Below the pieces are notes generated by a model. The model made no database searches. It was given only the letters and a program-made list of their open reading frames with translations, and was not told the DNA's origin. This document shows positions 10,216-20,706 of a stretch of DNA of 64,000 nt, in pieces. How positions within the stretch are numbered: the first letter of the stretch is position 1; each line of letters starts with the position of its first letter. Source of the DNA: an uncultured Rikenella sp. (GTDB lineage Bacteria > Bacteroidota > Bacteroidia > Bacteroidales > VadinHA17); assembly GCA_964537135.1 (NCBI GenBank), contig CAZHZC010000013.1, positions 2,301-66,300 of the forward strand. The letters are read 5' to 3'. Both the position numbers and the translations under genes were made by a program.

Positions 10216-10373
10216 ATTTTGAGATGGTAAAGTGCAAAAGTACAAAAAAAGTGCTCGCCGTATACCTCATCTCAGAGGAGATAACTCTAGTTAATAATTG
10301 TTAATATGATATCTCTCTTATTGTCGTTCACCTCTTGCACATATATTTGTTCTATTACCTGTACCCTGTACTG

Positions 10374-12869
10374 ATGAACACTTCACAAAGTAACAAAGCA
10401 GTAGTCCGGGTGCTTCTGTCAGTGTTACTGTGTGCAATTTTCAAGACATCAGTCGCTTACGGGGTTACCCAGGAGAAGAAGAGGGCTGAGGCTCGGCGCA
10501 CCTCACATGCCATAACCATTGACGGGAGGCTCGATGAGCCCGCCTGGCAGGCAGCTGCCCCAGCAACGGACTTTATAATCTACAATCCGCGTAACGGTCT
10601 CCCCTCTGCATACCACACTGAGGTGAGGGTTCTCTTTGATGATGACGCCCTCTATATCGGAGCAGTGATGTTCGACAGTGCCCCTGACTCAATCTTCACC
10701 CACCTGGGTCAGCGCGATGATAACGGTATCAATGCAGACCATTTCTGGATTGAGATCTCTCCCTTCAATGATGGCCTCAATGGTGAGATGTTCAAGGTTA
10801 CTGCATCCAATGTGCAGATTGATAACAAGATGGCTACCATGGAGAGCTTTATGTTCAATGATACCTGGGATGCAGTCTGGGAGAGCCAGACGATGATCAC
10901 TGACGAGGGGTGGATTGCCGAGATCAAAATACCCTATTCAGCGCTGCGCTTCCCAAGGTCAGAGTCGCAGTTGTGGGGTATCAACTTCTGGCGTGAGGTG
11001 AGGCGCGTGCGGGAGACCTCTTCATGGAACTTTGTGACAAAGGAGTTTGGCTCCTCGATAGCTCATCTGGGTGAGCTGTCAGGTATACGTGAGGTAAAGC
11101 CGCCACTACGGCTCTCGCTGGTGCCATATGTCTCAGGATATCTGGAGCACCAGTCCGGCGGCGGCGGAACGGGAACATCATATAACGGAGGGCTGGATCT
11201 CAAGCTGGGTCTCTCAGAGAGCTTCACCCTCGATGCTACCCTTATACCTGACTTCGGACAGGTGCAGTCTGATGACCATGTGCTCAACCTGTCGCCCTAT
11301 GAGGTGCAGTACAATGAGAAGAGACCATTTTTCATGGAGGGTACTGAGCTGTTTGAGAGAGGTAATATATTCTATTCGCGACGAATAGGAGGGACACCAC
11401 GGCTGGCACATATGGCACATACCATGGCCGGCGAGAATGAGGTGGTGACACGTAACCCGATAGAGGTGAGCCTCCTGAATGCCACAAAAATATCGGGCCG
11501 TACCAGGGGCGGACTGGGAATTGGAATCTTCAATGCCCTGACAAACAACACCTGGGCTACCGTTGAAAACCCGGTGACAGGTGAGAGAAGGGAGATTATG
11601 ACTGAGCCTCTTACCAACTATAATATGGTTGTGCTTGACCAGACCCTGAAGAATGACTCATATGTCAGTATAATGAATACCAGCGTCATACGCGCAGGAA
11701 AGCGCGATGAGTATTTCTATACGGCCAATGTGAGCGGGTTTGAGACACTGATCAAGAGCGCAAACAGGCGCTGGTCAGCATCTGCCGGGGCAGTACTAAG
11801 TCAGAAGTACTACTCAGATGACCCGACAGCCCTGGGTCACTCACTCAATCTCATGGCAGGCAAGACAGGAGGAAAATTCAGAACCGGATACAGCCTCTCA
11901 GTGATGAGTGACACCTATGACCCTACCGATATGGGCTACCTGAGGCGCAATAATGAGATAGAGCATCACCTCAACTTCTCATACAACACCTTTGAGCCGA
12001 TGGGCAATATCATGTCAACCTCCTCTACCATCGACTTCAGCTACATGCAGCTCTTCAATCCGAGAGCCTTCACCGGGGCCGGCATCATGTTCAACCATAT
12101 GATGATGCTGATGAACTACTGGACCTTCTTCGTAAATATGGAGCTGAACCCGTGGGGTGAGGATGACTATTTTGAGCCACGTACCCTTGACATGTCTATG
12201 TTCTATCACCGGCCACCATCAATGATGGCAGGGGTGAGGGGTGACACTGACAGGAGCAGGCGGCTCTACCTCGACTGGAACCTGTTTATCTCACGGTCAT
12301 GGTCAGACTATAACCAGTATGGCTTCATGTGGTCAGTGGGGCCTGAGATAAAGATAGGAAGGCGATTCTCATTGAAGTACAGCGTTGGTGCCGAGAAGAT
12401 GCGGAATGATATCGGTTTTGTCTATGAGAGCCCGACAGAGGGTATCACATTCGGGAAACGTGATGTGACCACCATCACCAACACCCTCTCAGGAGCATTC
12501 ATCTTCACAGCCAACTCATACCTCACCCTCAGGGGGAGGCACTACTGGTCACGGGCCGACTATGATGGTGACTACTACATATTACAGGATGACGGTTCGT
12601 TGTTTGACAGACCCTACTCAACCATTGTGGAAAACAGTGACGTCAATACCAATTTCTTCAATGTGGATATGGTCTATACCTGGCGCTTTGCTCCCGGAAG
12701 TGAGCTCTCGCTGGTATGGAAGAATTCAGTCACAGCCTTCGGCAGTGTGATAATCAATAACGGTATCGAAAACTTCAGGGAGATGTTCTCAATGCCACAG
12801 ACCAACAGTATATCTTTGAAAGTTTTATACTACCTTGACTACCAGAATTTCAGAAAGTTGTTTAGGTAA
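10374..12869 (+). CDS. DUF5916-type outer-membrane protein with N-terminal CBM9-like sugar-binding domain
   Basis: Signal peptide; ITIDGRLDEPAW and WIAEIKIPYSALRF motifs; PDFGQVQSDD and EKRPFFMEG; beta-barrel-like C-terminus. TATATTTG box at 10342-10349. Confidence 0.75.
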   Translation: MNTSQSNKAVVRVLLSVLLCAIFKTSVAYGVTQEKKRAEARRTSHAITIDGRLDEPAWQAAAPATDFIIYNPRNGLPSAYHTEVRVLFDDDALYIGAVMFDSAPDSIFTHLGQRDDNGINADHFWIEISPFNDGLNGEMFKVTASNVQIDNKMATMESFMFNDTWDAVWESQTMITDEGWIAEIKIPYSALRFPRSESQLWGINFWREVRRVRETSSWNFVTKEFGSSIAHLGELSGIREVKPPLRLSLVPYVSGYLEHQSGGGGTGTSYNGGLDLKLGLSESFTLDATLIPDFGQVQSDDHVLNLSPYEVQYNEKRPFFMEGTELFERGNIFYSRRIGGTPRLAHMAHTMAGENEVVTRNPIEVSLLNATKISGRTRGGLGIGIFNALTNNTWATVENPVTGERREIMTEPLTNYNMVVLDQTLKNDSYVSIMNTSVIRAGKRDEYFYTANVSGFETLIKSANRRWSASAGAVLSQKYYSDDPTALGHSLNLMAGKTGGKFRTGYSLSVMSDTYDPTDMGYLRRNNEIEHHLNFSYNTFEPMGNIMSTSSTIDFSYMQLFNPRAFTGAGIMFNHMMMLMNYWTFFVNMELNPWGEDDYFEPRTLDMSMFYHRPPSMMAGVRGDTDRSRRLYLDWNLFISRSWSDYNQYGFMWSVGPEIKIGRRFSLKYSVGAEKMRNDIGFVYESPTEGITFGKRDVTTITNTLSGAFIFTANSYLTLRGRHYWSRADYDGDYYILQDDGSLFDRPYSTIVENSDVNTNFFNVDMVYTWRFAPGSELSLVWKNSVTAFGSVIINNGIENFREMFSMPQTNSISLKVLYYLDYQNFRKLFR

Positions 12870-12887
12870 AAACTGTTACTATTCAAT

Positions 12888-13340
12888 ATGATACAGAGGA
12901 TACAGACTCTTTTTCTGCTGCTGGTGCTGTTGCTTTCTGCCCTCCTCCTCAGGGGTGAGCTGCTTGGTCTGAGTACCGGCAGCAGCATGCTCACTATCGG
13001 GTTTCCTGGTGTGAGTGACTCTGGTGGTATGATCCTGCAGCAGTTGTGGCCGTTGCGTATTATCATGGCGCTGGTCCCCCTGCTCACCCTTGTCGCTATT
13101 CTACTCTACAGGCGTCGTACGACACAGATGAGGGTGGTGATGATGGTGTTGCTGCTCTCCCTGGGCATCATTATACTGGGTAGCTTCTATGTGCTGATGC
13201 TCTCACGGAAGATTGAGTTTACCGTGGTCTGGAGGGTCAGGGCCATCTTTCCGCTGCTGATGGCCATACTCTCATGGCTCGCCTACCGTGCCATACTGAA
13301 GGATGAGCTGCTTGTCAAATCGTATGACCGCCTCAGATAA
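12888..13340 (+). CDS. DUF4293 family membrane protein
   Basis: MIQRIQTLFL start and AI.KDE.LVKSYDRLR end; four hydrophobic helices. Confidence 0.9.
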   Translation: MIQRIQTLFLLLVLLLSALLLRGELLGLSTGSSMLTIGFPGVSDSGGMILQQLWPLRIIMALVPLLTLVAILLYRRRTTQMRVVMMVLLLSLGIIILGSFYVLMLSRKIEFTVVWRVRAIFPLLMAILSWLAYRAILKDELLVKSYDRLR

Positions 13341-13410
13341 TCTCAATTCTCCTGTGGTTTATCTGTCCCGTTGCAGGTAAGGAGAAGTTGCTCACCAGTT
13401 TGCCACCATC

Positions 13411-13878
13411 TCAGATAATCTCCATACTCTCCTGGTCGGTAATCTTCTCACAGTAGTGACACTTCAGGGCTACCGGCTTTTTTGAGACCACCCTGAAGCG
13501 GGTGATCACCTTCTCAAAGTTGGTGATACACTTGGGGTTCATGCATCTGGCTATACCCGTTATTGTATCTGGTACCTCCACTACACGCTTCTCCACCACC
13601 TTGTACTCCTTTATGATGTTCAGCTTTGCCCTGGGGGCCACCAGCGCTATGCGGTTGACATCATCATCCTGAAAAAACTTGCCGGCAATCTTTATGATAG
13701 CCTTTTTACCATCAGCCTTACTGTCAAGGTTTGTTCCGAAGGTTATCTGGCTCTTGTACCTCTCTAGCCCCAGTATCTTTATCACCTTGAAGAGGGTGCT
13801 GGCAGGGATATGGTCGATAACAGTACCGCTCTCGATGGCTGAGACCAGCAGCTGCTTTGATTCATTGATATTCTTCAT
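13411..13878 (-). CDS. pyrI: Aspartate carbamoyltransferase regulatory chain
   Basis: GTVIDHIP; zinc ligands CMNPKC and CHYC. Confidence 0.97.
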   Translation of the reverse strand: MKNINESKQLLVSAIESGTVIDHIPASTLFKVIKILGLERYKSQITFGTNLDSKADGKKAIIKIAGKFFQDDDVNRIALVAPRAKLNIIKEYKVVEKRVVEVPDTITGIARCMNPKCITNFEKVITRFRVVSKKPVALKCHYCEKITDQESMEII

Positions 13879-13884
13879 GGCTTC

Positions 13885-14793
13885 CTATTTTAATCCCAGA
13901 AATGCGGTGATGATTGCCTGACGGGCATAGACCCCGTTGAGTGCCTGCTCAAAGTAGTACGCCTTACTGTTTGAATCTACATCAGTGCTGATCTCATTTA
14001 CCCTGGGTAACGGGTGTAGGATGCGCATATTCTGGCGTGTTTCGGCAAGCATGTACTCATGGAGAACATAGGCATTTTTTACCTTCTCATACTCCATCGG
14101 GTCGGAGAATCGTTCACGCTGTACTCTTGTGACATACACGATATCAGCCATGCTGATCACCTCGTTGATGTCAGTTGTCTCATGGTATTCAAGCCCCAGG
14201 TTACGCAGGTAGAGCTTGTACTCCTCAGGCATCCTGAGTTCCTCGGGTGAGACGAAGTTGAAGGAGCTCTTCCAGCGTGACATAGCCATCACCAGTGAGT
14301 GTACCGTACGGCCATACTTGAGGTCTCCTACCAGGCAGATATTGAGCTTCTCAAGAGTACCCTGCGTCTTTTGTATCGAATAGAGGTCCAGCAGGGTCTG
14401 GGTAGGGTGCTGATTGGCACCATCACCGGCATTGATAACCGGTACTGTGGCTATCTCACTGGCAAAGCGTGCACTGCCCTCAATCGGGTGACGCATCACA
14501 ATCATGTCAACATAGTTGTTTACCGTTCTGATAGTGTCATTCAGTGACTCGCCCTTTGTGACGCTGGAGCTGGAGGAGTCAGTGAAGCCTATCACCCTGC
14601 CTCCCAGCTTATTGATAGCGCTTTCGAAGCTAAGGCGGGTACGTGTTGAAGGTTCGAAAAAGAGTGTTGCCACCACCTTGCCGCGAAGAATATCCTGGTC
14701 AGGATTTTTCTCAAATTCGGCGGCAAGCCCAAGAATCTTCATGATCTCACCGGTGGTCAGGTCATCAATTGAGACTAAACTTCTGGACTGCAT
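13885..14793 (-). CDS. pyrB: Aspartate carbamoyltransferase catalytic chain
   Basis: [16 protein letters not shown] motifs. TACATTTG box at 14824-14831. Confidence 0.98.
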   Translation of the reverse strand: MQSRSLVSIDDLTTGEIMKILGLAAEFEKNPDQDILRGKVVATLFFEPSTRTRLSFESAINKLGGRVIGFTDSSSSSVTKGESLNDTIRTVNNYVDMIVMRHPIEGSARFASEIATVPVINAGDGANQHPTQTLLDLYSIQKTQGTLEKLNICLVGDLKYGRTVHSLVMAMSRWKSSFNFVSPEELRMPEEYKLYLRNLGLEYHETTDINEVISMADIVYVTRVQRERFSDPMEYEKVKNAYVLHEYMLAETRQNMRILHPLPRVNEISTDVDSNSKAYYFEQALNGVYARQAIITAFLGLK

Positions 14794-14954
14794 AGGATCT
14801 TCTTTAAAATTGCCTTACTGTTACAAATGTAGCACAACTACGGAGCTCGCAAAGAGATGTTAAAAACTATCTGAAAAATTGACGGCTGCTCCGGTGATTC
14901 ACCCATACGCCCAATCTGACAGCCGTTCACCCCTATGCCCTCTACCCCGGTGAT

Positions 14955-15572
14955 TCACTCCTCCTCCGGCTTTTCCACCTCCACGCCGGTGATCATTCCG
15001 AGTCTCTCAATAATAGTCTCTGCAACCGATGATCTGAAGTCTATATTGATTGAGACATCGTTTCCGCTGTAGCGATGTTCAGACTGGGTGCACTCCTCCT
15101 CTTTCAGTACCTTCATCACCTCATTCATGGCAGGGTAGGGGAAGGTGATACGCCATCTCTCTGTCAGGTGTCTCACCACTATTTTACCATTGTCTATTGC
15201 ATCAGCTGCAGCACTGCGGTAAGCATTAATCAGTCCGCCGGTGCCGAGAAGTGTTCCCCCGAAATACCTTATGACAACAATCAGAATATCTGTCAGCTCA
15301 TTTGAGTTTATCTGGCCCAGGATGGGGCGCCCGGCAGTGCCGGAGGGCTCACCGTCATCATTGGCCCGCCAGTCACTTCTGTGGTGCCCGAGCACCCACG
15401 CAAAGCAGTGATGCCTCGCATCGTGATACTCTTTCCGTAGCCTCTCCAGGTGGACCTTTATCTCATCCTGTGTGGTTACCGGCAGGGCGATGGCTATGAA
15501 ACGGCTGCCACGGTCTTTGAAGAGCCCTCTCGACTCATCTTCAATGGTTTTATATTTAAAATCTGACGCCAT
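14955..15572 (-). CDS. yigZ: YigZ/IMPACT family protein
   Basis: SRFIA, ARHHCFA, DDGEPSGTAGRP, RYFGGTLLGTGGL motifs. Confidence 0.93.
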   Translation of the reverse strand: MASDFKYKTIEDESRGLFKDRGSRFIAIALPVTTQDEIKVHLERLRKEYHDARHHCFAWVLGHHRSDWRANDDGEPSGTAGRPILGQINSNELTDILIVVIRYFGGTLLGTGGLINAYRSAAADAIDNGKIVVRHLTERWRITFPYPAMNEVMKVLKEEECTQSEHRYSGNDVSINIDFRSSVAETIIERLGMITGVEVEKPEEE

Positions 15573-15593
15573 GATACGCGAAGGGGTCTACTA

Positions 15594-16343
15594 TCAAAAT
15601 CCAAAGAGCGACTTCGCACCCTTTGCCAGGGTTAACAGACCCATTATCACCAGCACAATATATATAATAGTTGTAAAGGTCTTCTGGCTGATCTTTGATA
15701 CCAGCCTGTCACCCGTCCAGAGTCCGGCCAGCAATGCAGGCACCGAGGTGAGGGCCAGCAGTGGCGGATCACGCGTTATCAGTCCGGAGATCATGTAGAA
15801 GAGCAGTGCATAGGATACTGCAAAGAGTATGAAGACAGAGATTATTGCATTGAATTTCTCTTTTGGTGTCTTCATTGATGAGAGGATTATTGCCACCGGC
15901 GGGCCGGTGATTCCTGTTGCACCGGCCAGCGCTCCTCCGAACAGTCCGCTCAGGGTCATGGCAGCGGCATCACTCCGTATGGGGAAGCTGAATCCCCTGG
16001 TCAGTGAGATCACTATCACTATCAGCAGCACGCCCCAGGTGAGCTGAATGTATGCCGGGTTGACATATTTCAGTACCATTGCTCCGGCGGCCACCCCTAT
16101 ACCTGTCCATAGTGCCATACGTCCGAGTGGCTGCCCTTTGGCTATCTCTTTAGAGCGACGGTAGTATAACACTGAGAATATGAGGTTTATCATTGCAATA
16201 AATACAGCGGTATCTGTTACCGGCATGATAAACTGTATCAGTGGCACTGCCACCAGTGCCAGCCCGAAGCCGGTAAAGCCTCTTACCACCGAAGCAATAA
16301 AGACTATTAGTGAGAGCAGTACAATATTTACCGGGGTGAACAT
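15594..16343 (-). CDS. TauE/SafE family membrane transporter
   Basis: GFTGFGLALVAVP and GITGPP motifs; about 8 TM helices. Confidence 0.85.
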   Translation of the reverse strand: MFTPVNIVLLSLIVFIASVVRGFTGFGLALVAVPLIQFIMPVTDTAVFIAMINLIFSVLYYRRSKEIAKGQPLGRMALWTGIGVAAGAMVLKYVNPAYIQLTWGVLLIVIVISLTRGFSFPIRSDAAAMTLSGLFGGALAGATGITGPPVAIILSSMKTPKEKFNAIISVFILFAVSYALLFYMISGLITRDPPLLALTSVPALLAGLWTGDRLVSKISQKTFTTIIYIVLVIMGLLTLAKGAKSLFGF

Positions 16344-16344
16344 T

Positions 16345-17523
16345 CTACTCGTCGTAGAGTGCCATCTGGCTGAACTCTTTCATGAACGGCTCTCTCTGCT
16401 CTTCCCACCGTGCTATCTCGTCACTGAGTGATAGTCTGCGGCTCAGCACCTCACGCATCCGGCTGTCGCCCGACAGTATATCGAATGGCATCAGGTCATA
16501 TTCATACTCATAGGGTGGGGGGAGGAACTCCAGTGCCCCCTCCGGGGATGTCTCTATGATAGCATCAAACAGGTGCAGTGCTGTGATGACCGGCCTGTAG
16601 ACTGACGGGTCGGTGACATGTATCTGTATGCCCTGGCAGTACTCACCTGCATACTTGTTAAAGGTAGGTATAAAGTCATGCCAGCGAAACCGGCACCCGG
16701 GCAGGTTACGGCTCCTCATCTCATTAAGCAGCCGTTGTCCGTTTACCCAGGGGGCGCCTGTAAGCTCAAACGGTATGGTGGTTCCGCGTGCTTCGGAGAG
16801 GTTGAGTGCCTCAACCAGCACCGTGCCAGGGTATACCACTGCCGTCTGCAGTGTCGGCATATTTGGTGACGGGAGCACCCATGGGAGTCCAGTCTCATTG
16901 TAGAGCATGCTTCGTCTCCACCCTTCAGCCCTTATTATTTTCAGGTCACACCCCTGCACATATCTCTCTCTGATCCAGAGGGCCATCTCACCCAGTGTCA
17001 TACGGTGGCACAGAGGTATTGATGCTCCTCCGACGAAGGTGAAATACTCCTCCTGCAGCAGTGGTCCGTCAGCCTGTATCTTTCCTATCGGGTTGGGTCT
17101 GTCAAGTATCCATACCGGTATTCCTGCCTCTGCACACGCCTCCATACAGAGCTTGACCGTCCAGATATAGGTGTAGAGTCGCGCCCCTACATCCTGCAGG
17201 TCAATGACAAACTGCTCAACCCCTTCGAGCATGGCGGGTGTTGGCTTGCGGTGTTCACCGTAGAGGCTGTAGACGGGAAGGCCCAGCTGCGGGTCATCAC
17301 CCCCTTCCCACTCAATCATGTTGTCCTGTGTCTGGCCAAAGAGGCCGTGCTGTGGACCGAAGAGCGCTGCCAGCTCCCACCGGGAGCCGTTGCCAAACAG
17401 TTCGGTGATATGCCTGTAGTCTGAGGTTATGCTTGATGCATGGCACAAGAGGCCGGTCCGCTTGTCCCGCAGGCCGGCGGGCTGGTCACGGAGAGCTACA
17501 TCAAGTCCTGAGTATACTTTCAT
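16345..17523 (-). CDS. DUF1343/NamZ-like exo-beta-N-acetylmuramidase family protein
   Basis: LFGPQHG, YSLYGEHRKP, DLQDVGARLYTY, LDRPNP, PSPNMP motifs. Start set to ATG 17523. Confidence 0.9.
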   Translation of the reverse strand: MKVYSGLDVALRDQPAGLRDKRTGLLCHASSITSDYRHITELFGNGSRWELAALFGPQHGLFGQTQDNMIEWEGGDDPQLGLPVYSLYGEHRKPTPAMLEGVEQFVIDLQDVGARLYTYIWTVKLCMEACAEAGIPVWILDRPNPIGKIQADGPLLQEEYFTFVGGASIPLCHRMTLGEMALWIRERYVQGCDLKIIRAEGWRRSMLYNETGLPWVLPSPNMPTLQTAVVYPGTVLVEALNLSEARGTTIPFELTGAPWVNGQRLLNEMRSRNLPGCRFRWHDFIPTFNKYAGEYCQGIQIHVTDPSVYRPVITALHLFDAIIETSPEGALEFLPPPYEYEYDLMPFDILSGDSRMREVLSRRLSLSDEIARWEEQREPFMKEFSQMALYDE

Positions 17524-17707
17524 GCATACAAAAATAGCGAAAAGTGGCAGCGCCACAAGAGAGTCCGCTAATGCGACAAGGAAATAATCAATATATTTGC
17601 AGTCAACCCTGTTGATGGCCGGCCAGGCGCGATTGAAGCACGTCATATGGCGGGGTGTTGCGTGTGCCGGCCACGGCTATATTGGGTAATAGCTGATTAG
17701 AGAAGAG

Positions 17708-19576
17708 ATGAGAGTGACAAGATATTTTCTGGCGGCAGTAATTGCGGCAATCACAGCAACGGTGTTGGCATTCTCATGCAGCTCCGGTGCAGGGAAGCTC
17801 GAGATATATGCCACCACTGATATCCACGGTTTGCTGCTGCCATTTGACAATATAGAGGGAAGGGCTACCGACAGGTCACTTGCCAACCTGGCATCGGTTA
17901 TAGAATCATCTGACAAAGAGAATATTATACTGCTGGATAATGGAGATATTCTGCAGGGTGACCCGCTGGTCTATTACTATAACTACATTGATACCACCCC
18001 AACCCATATTGTAGCTGATATCCTGAATCATCTGGGGTATGATGCTGCTACAGCCGGTAATCATGACATTGAGGCTGGTCATGCTGTCTATGACCGTGTC
18101 AGGGCGCAGTACAACTTTCCGCTCCTGGCAGCCAATGCCGTTGACAAGGCTACCGGAGAGCCTTATTTCACTCCCTACACCGTGATCGACAGGGGAGGGG
18201 TCAGGGTAGTGGTCTTTGGTCTTATCACCCCGTCAGTACCCAGGTGGCTTCCTGAGGAGCTCTACAGCGGTATCATCTTCAATGATATGGTCTCCACAGC
18301 ACGTCAATGGATGCCCCGTATGCTCGATGAGAAGCCCGACCTGGTGATAGGTCTCTTTCATTCGGGGATGGGTGACGAGCCGGACAGTGACCCGACCGGG
18401 GGCGACAAAGCCGGAAGCAATAAGCCCGGAGGAGATAATTCTGATGGTGAACGGCATGAAAACAGTACTACCGCTGTGGCCAGGAGTGTTCCCGGATTTG
18501 ACATTATCTTTTGTGGCCACGATCACCGGCAGGATATGAGGGAGGTGATCAACACAGAGGGTGGCCGGGTGTTGATACTGGATGGCGGCAGCAGGTCAGA
18601 CGTAGTGATGAATGTCACTGTCACCTTTGAGCGTCAGGCCGACGGCTCACGGAGACCGTTGCTGAGCGGCCGGCTTATTCCCATGAATACCCTTCCTCTT
18701 TCGAAGACCTTCCTCAAAAGATTTGCTGGTGTAACAGAGAGTATCAGGAGCTACACCAGCGAGGTGATAGGATTTTCAGACGCATCGGCTACCACGCGTG
18801 ACGCCTTTTTCGGTCCGTCAGCCTTTGTCGATCTGATACACCGTATGCAGCTCGATTACACAGGTGCAGAGATATCACTGGCTGCCCCTCTCTCGTTTGA
18901 CCAGTCCATCGAAAGGGGTGAGCTGCGCGTAAGTGATATGTTCCGCCTCTACAGGTTTGAGAACTTCCTATATACAGTGCGGATGACAGGCAGAGAGATA
19001 GAGCGTCACCTGGAGCATGCTGCCGGCCAGTGGTTCAACACCATGAAGAGCAGCAGTGACCTTATGATGAATTACCGGCTCACCAGTGACGGCACACCGG
19101 TGATGGTCAATGGTACCGCCCGCCTGCGTTTTCCCTCTTACAACTTTGAGTCTGCCAAAGGTATACGCTATACCATTGATGTGAGTAAACCACAGGGATC
19201 AAGGGTGACAGTCACCTCCATGAGTGATGGTACCCCATTTGACCCGTCACGCAGCTATACAGTGGCTGTCAACTCATATAGGGCCAATGGTGGCGGTGGT
19301 CACTTTGCAGCAGCAGGGATAACCGGCAGTGAGCTGGAGAAGAGGATGATCTCTGCTACCACCCGAGACCTGAGATATTACCTGGCAGAATGGATCAGGG
19401 AGCAGGGGACGATCAGTCCTGCACCATCAGCCCAATGGAGCATAATACCGGCCGGATGGGCCAGGGAGGCTGAAGAGCGTGAACGCAAGTTACTGTTTGG
19501 AAACAGACAGAGTCAGTATCAGCCGGATAGTGTAAGAAACAACCAGAAGCAGTTAGATACAGTTAGAACCCATTGA
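17708..19576 (+). CDS. Bifunctional metallophosphatase/5'-nucleotidase (CpdB-like)
   Basis: TTDIHG, LDNGDILQG, GNHD, GHDH metallophosphoesterase motifs plus 5'-nucleotidase C-terminal domain; lipoprotein-like N-terminus (FSC). Confidence 0.9.
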   Translation: MRVTRYFLAAVIAAITATVLAFSCSSGAGKLEIYATTDIHGLLLPFDNIEGRATDRSLANLASVIESSDKENIILLDNGDILQGDPLVYYYNYIDTTPTHIVADILNHLGYDAATAGNHDIEAGHAVYDRVRAQYNFPLLAANAVDKATGEPYFTPYTVIDRGGVRVVVFGLITPSVPRWLPEELYSGIIFNDMVSTARQWMPRMLDEKPDLVIGLFHSGMGDEPDSDPTGGDKAGSNKPGGDNSDGERHENSTTAVARSVPGFDIIFCGHDHRQDMREVINTEGGRVLILDGGSRSDVVMNVTVTFERQADGSRRPLLSGRLIPMNTLPLSKTFLKRFAGVTESIRSYTSEVIGFSDASATTRDAFFGPSAFVDLIHRMQLDYTGAEISLAAPLSFDQSIERGELRVSDMFRLYRFENFLYTVRMTGREIERHLEHAAGQWFNTMKSSSDLMMNYRLTSDGTPVMVNGTARLRFPSYNFESAKGIRYTIDVSKPQGSRVTVTSMSDGTPFDPSRSYTVAVNSYRANGGGGHFAAAGITGSELEKRMISATTRDLRYYLAEWIREQGTISPAPSAQWSIIPAGWAREAEERERKLLFGNRQSQYQPDSVRNNQKQLDTVRTH

Positions 19577-19600
19577 GAACAATTGAAAACCTTTATAAAA

Positions 19601-20701
19601 ATGAAACGTTTATTTAAACCAACAACCTTAATTGCAGCACTGGCACTCATCATTGCCGGCTGCAAGAGTGAGAAGCCGCAAAATCTGATCTATATTATTG
19701 GTGACGGGATGGGTGTGGCGCAGTTCTATTCCGGTCTGACTGTTGCCGATGGGCCTATGGCGCTGGCTGCCTTCCCGGTAACCGGGTTCAGCCAAACCCA
19801 TTCGGCAGACAACTATATCACTGACTCAGCTGCCGGCGGCACCGCCCTCTCTACGGGAGAGAAGACCAACAACAGGATGATTGCCATGCGTCCTGACAGC
19901 ACTCATATGGTGACACTGCTTGAGCATGCCAGGGGTGCAGGCCTCTCCACAGGGGTGGTCTGTACCAGCTCACTCTCAGATGCCACCCCCGCCTCATTTG
20001 TGGCACACGTACCATCACGTTATGAGTACCGTGAGATATCACGTCAGTATCTCAACGGGGCAGCCGATATCTTCATCGGCGGAGGGAGGAACTATTTTGA
20101 GCCGGAGGTTGACTCGGCAGGAAATGTTATCAGCGGCAGTACCGTTGATGAGCTGATAGCACTCGGATATGATGTCACCTATGACCTTGAGTCGTTTGAG
20201 GCCTCTGAGTCAGACCGTATTGCCGGGCTGATGTCAAACGGACATATCCCTACCATCCTTGACGGCAGGGATCCCGGTTACCTGGCCAGGGCCACCGAGA
20301 AAGCGCTCAGGGTGCTCTCAAAAAATCGAAAGGGATTTGTGCTGATGATCGAAGGATCGGAGATAGACCACCAGGCACATAAGAATAACAGTGAGGGGGT
20401 CACCACAGAGATGCTCGATATGGACCGGGCAGTGGCAGTGGCCCGCAAGTTTGCAGAGGCAGACGGTAACACGCTTATTGTAGTCACTGCTGACCATGAG
20501 ACGGGTGGTATGAGTATCGTCAGCGGTGATCCTGACAAGAGGGAGTTGAAGGCCCATTTCAGCGTTACCGGTCATACAGGAATAATGGTACCGGTATTTG
20601 CCTACGGCCCCGGAGCAATGGAGTTTACCGGTATTCAGGACAACACGGAGGTGTTTAAGAAGATAGTGAGGCTGCTCTCACTTGACACCTCCCGGCAGTA
20701 G
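19601..20701 (+). CDS. Alkaline phosphatase (lipoprotein)
   Basis: IGDGMG, ITDSAAGGTA (catalytic Ser), ATPA, EGSEIDHQAH, TADHETGG; lipobox IAGC. Confidence 0.93.
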   Translation: MKRLFKPTTLIAALALIIAGCKSEKPQNLIYIIGDGMGVAQFYSGLTVADGPMALAAFPVTGFSQTHSADNYITDSAAGGTALSTGEKTNNRMIAMRPDSTHMVTLLEHARGAGLSTGVVCTSSLSDATPASFVAHVPSRYEYREISRQYLNGAADIFIGGGRNYFEPEVDSAGNVISGSTVDELIALGYDVTYDLESFEASESDRIAGLMSNGHIPTILDGRDPGYLARATEKALRVLSKNRKGFVLMIEGSEIDHQAHKNNSEGVTTEMLDMDRAVAVARKFAEADGNTLIVVTADHETGGMSIVSGDPDKRELKAHFSVTGHTGIMVPVFAYGPGAMEFTGIQDNTEVFKKIVRLLSLDTSRQ

Positions 20702-20706
20702 CGTGT

